From positions 4,740,001-4,772,000 of the forward strand of contig NC_009483.1 in assembly GCF_000016745.1 (NCBI RefSeq): 32,000 nucleotides of DNA, in the 5' to 3' direction. The stretch's first letter is position 1, and each line of letters starts with the position of its first letter. Below are positions 31,301 to 32,000 of the stretch, in pieces. Made by a program: the position numbers and the translations under genes. The stretch comes from Geotalea uraniireducens Rf4 (GTDB taxonomy: Bacteria; Desulfobacterota; Desulfuromonadia; Geobacterales; Geobacteraceae). The notes beneath the pieces were generated by a model that was not told the DNA's origin, did not search any database, and saw nothing but the letters and a program-made list of their open reading frames with translations.

Positions 31301-31861
31301 ATGATTCAAAAAGAGTTAGAAGTCATTTTAAGCCGATACACTCAGGCCCGCATGGGAGAACCATTTAACGGCGAGCATGAAATATTTTCAAATTTTGAAG
31401 CAATACGAGAGGCGTTAGCGCAATCAGAAGCAGTTCAAAGTCGGCCACATCTCCGTGTGAAATACAGCGCAGGACAAGGTAATTGGGCAAGAGTGCCATG
31501 GATTGCATTTCTTGATTCAAGAGAAACAACAACAACCCAAAAGGGAGTTTATTGCGTTTATCTATTTCGACAAGATATGTCTGGTGTTTATATTACCTTT
31601 AATCAGGGTGTTACAGAGCTGATTAGGCAAAATGGAAGACCACGAGCTCATCAGGAATTACAAAAACGTGCTGAAGCAATACATCAATATTGCTCAGGTC
31701 TTCCTTCCAAAGGTTTTTCGCTTATAAAAGGAATAGACCTTCGAGCAGATGCTGGCTTAGGTGCTGACTATGAGTACTCAACTATTGCTTATAAATTTTA
31801 CGAGGCCGGCAATATGGCTCCTCGACGAATTGAGTGGGTAGCCTGGGCCGGGTTGATGTAA
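31301..31861 (+). pseudogene. N-terminal (DUF3578/MrcB-N-like) fragment of a McrB-type restriction GTPase, apparently truncated
   Basis: KYSAGQGNWARVPWIAFLDSRETTTTQKGVYCVYLFRQDMSGVYITFNQG matches, from memory, the McrB-like N-terminal DNA-reader domain. No AAA/GTPase domain follows. The last ~15 codons (MAPRRIEWVAWAGLM*) look like read-through into inserted DNA. The region is visibly AT-richer than the rest of the window. Confidence 0.55.
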
Positions 31862-32000
31862 GATAGGCCACCATCACTCAGCCTGGAGGTTAGTAATCGC
31901 TATGAATCCTGAAGATCTTTTTGGTGCTGCTCTTGGAATTGCCATCCCGTGGAAGGTTACCTCTGTTGACTTCAACAAGAAGTCAAGTCGTTTGGACATA
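31816..32000 (+). mobile_element. Left end of an ISL3-family insertion sequence (extends beyond the window)
   Basis: A transposase start follows at 31902. GGCTCCTCGACGAATTGAG at about 31816 resembles ISL3-type terminal repeats (GGCTCTT...). The exact boundary is uncertain. Confidence 0.45.
31902..32000 (+). CDS. ISL3-family transposase, N-terminal 33 codons (partial)
   Basis: MNPEDLFGAALGIAIPWKVTSVDFNKKSSRLDI fits the ISL3 transposase N-terminal pattern (LLGL/I-x-x-PW-x-V-x-x-V-x-F/L ...). GGAGG lies 12 nt upstream. Confidence 0.6.
   Translation, partial: MNPEDLFGAALGIAIPWKVTSVDFNKKSSRLDI

Overview
High-GC window with two convergent blocks and a small accessory tail. The gene content resembles a Geobacter/Desulfuromonadales-type polar flagellum locus; that attribution is from memory and is not verifiable here. 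(1) 1-9915, + strand: a translationally coupled operon (ATGA and overlapping stop/start junctions) for a legionaminic-acid-type nonulosonic acid. In order it holds a sugar dehydratase tail, a LegC-like aminotransferase, a NeuC-like hydrolysing 2-epimerase, a NeuB-like synthase, a NeuD-family acetyltransferase, a CBS+nucleotidyltransferase (PtmE-like) and a CMP-sugar synthetase. These are followed by a B12-binding radical SAM enzyme and an 841-aa Maf/DUF115 protein with a TPR tail (putative flagellin glycosyltransferase). (2) 27906-10337, - strand: flhA-flhF-flhG-fliA-flgF-flgG-flgA-flgH-flgI-flgJ-flgM-flgN-flgK-flgL-csrA-fliW, then fliC, then fliD-fliS-orf. A consensus sigma54 promoter precedes flhA and a near-consensus sigma28 promoter precedes a short 276-aa flagellin whose leader is GGA-rich. 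Intrinsic terminators follow fliW and fliC. (3) 28241-32000, + strand: a BamA/D15-type beta-barrel with a lipobox, an AlbA_2/HATPase_c_4/wHTH protein, and an AT-richer McrB-N-terminal (DUF3578-like) fragment apparently cut by an ISL3-family IS. The structure not explained by ordinary annotation is simple-sequence DNA. Three intercistronic spacers of the rod/ring operon are almost entirely heptanucleotide tandem arrays, and two of these flank flgI as direct repeats. A 14-nt array with flanking inverted repeats at about 29.5 kb carries 17 GGA motifs on its minus strand. G/C homopolymers of 8-9 nt lie inside the CMP-sugar synthetase, flgJ, flgK and flgL. The best candidate for new biochemistry is the radical SAM enzyme inside the flagellin-glycosylation operon.
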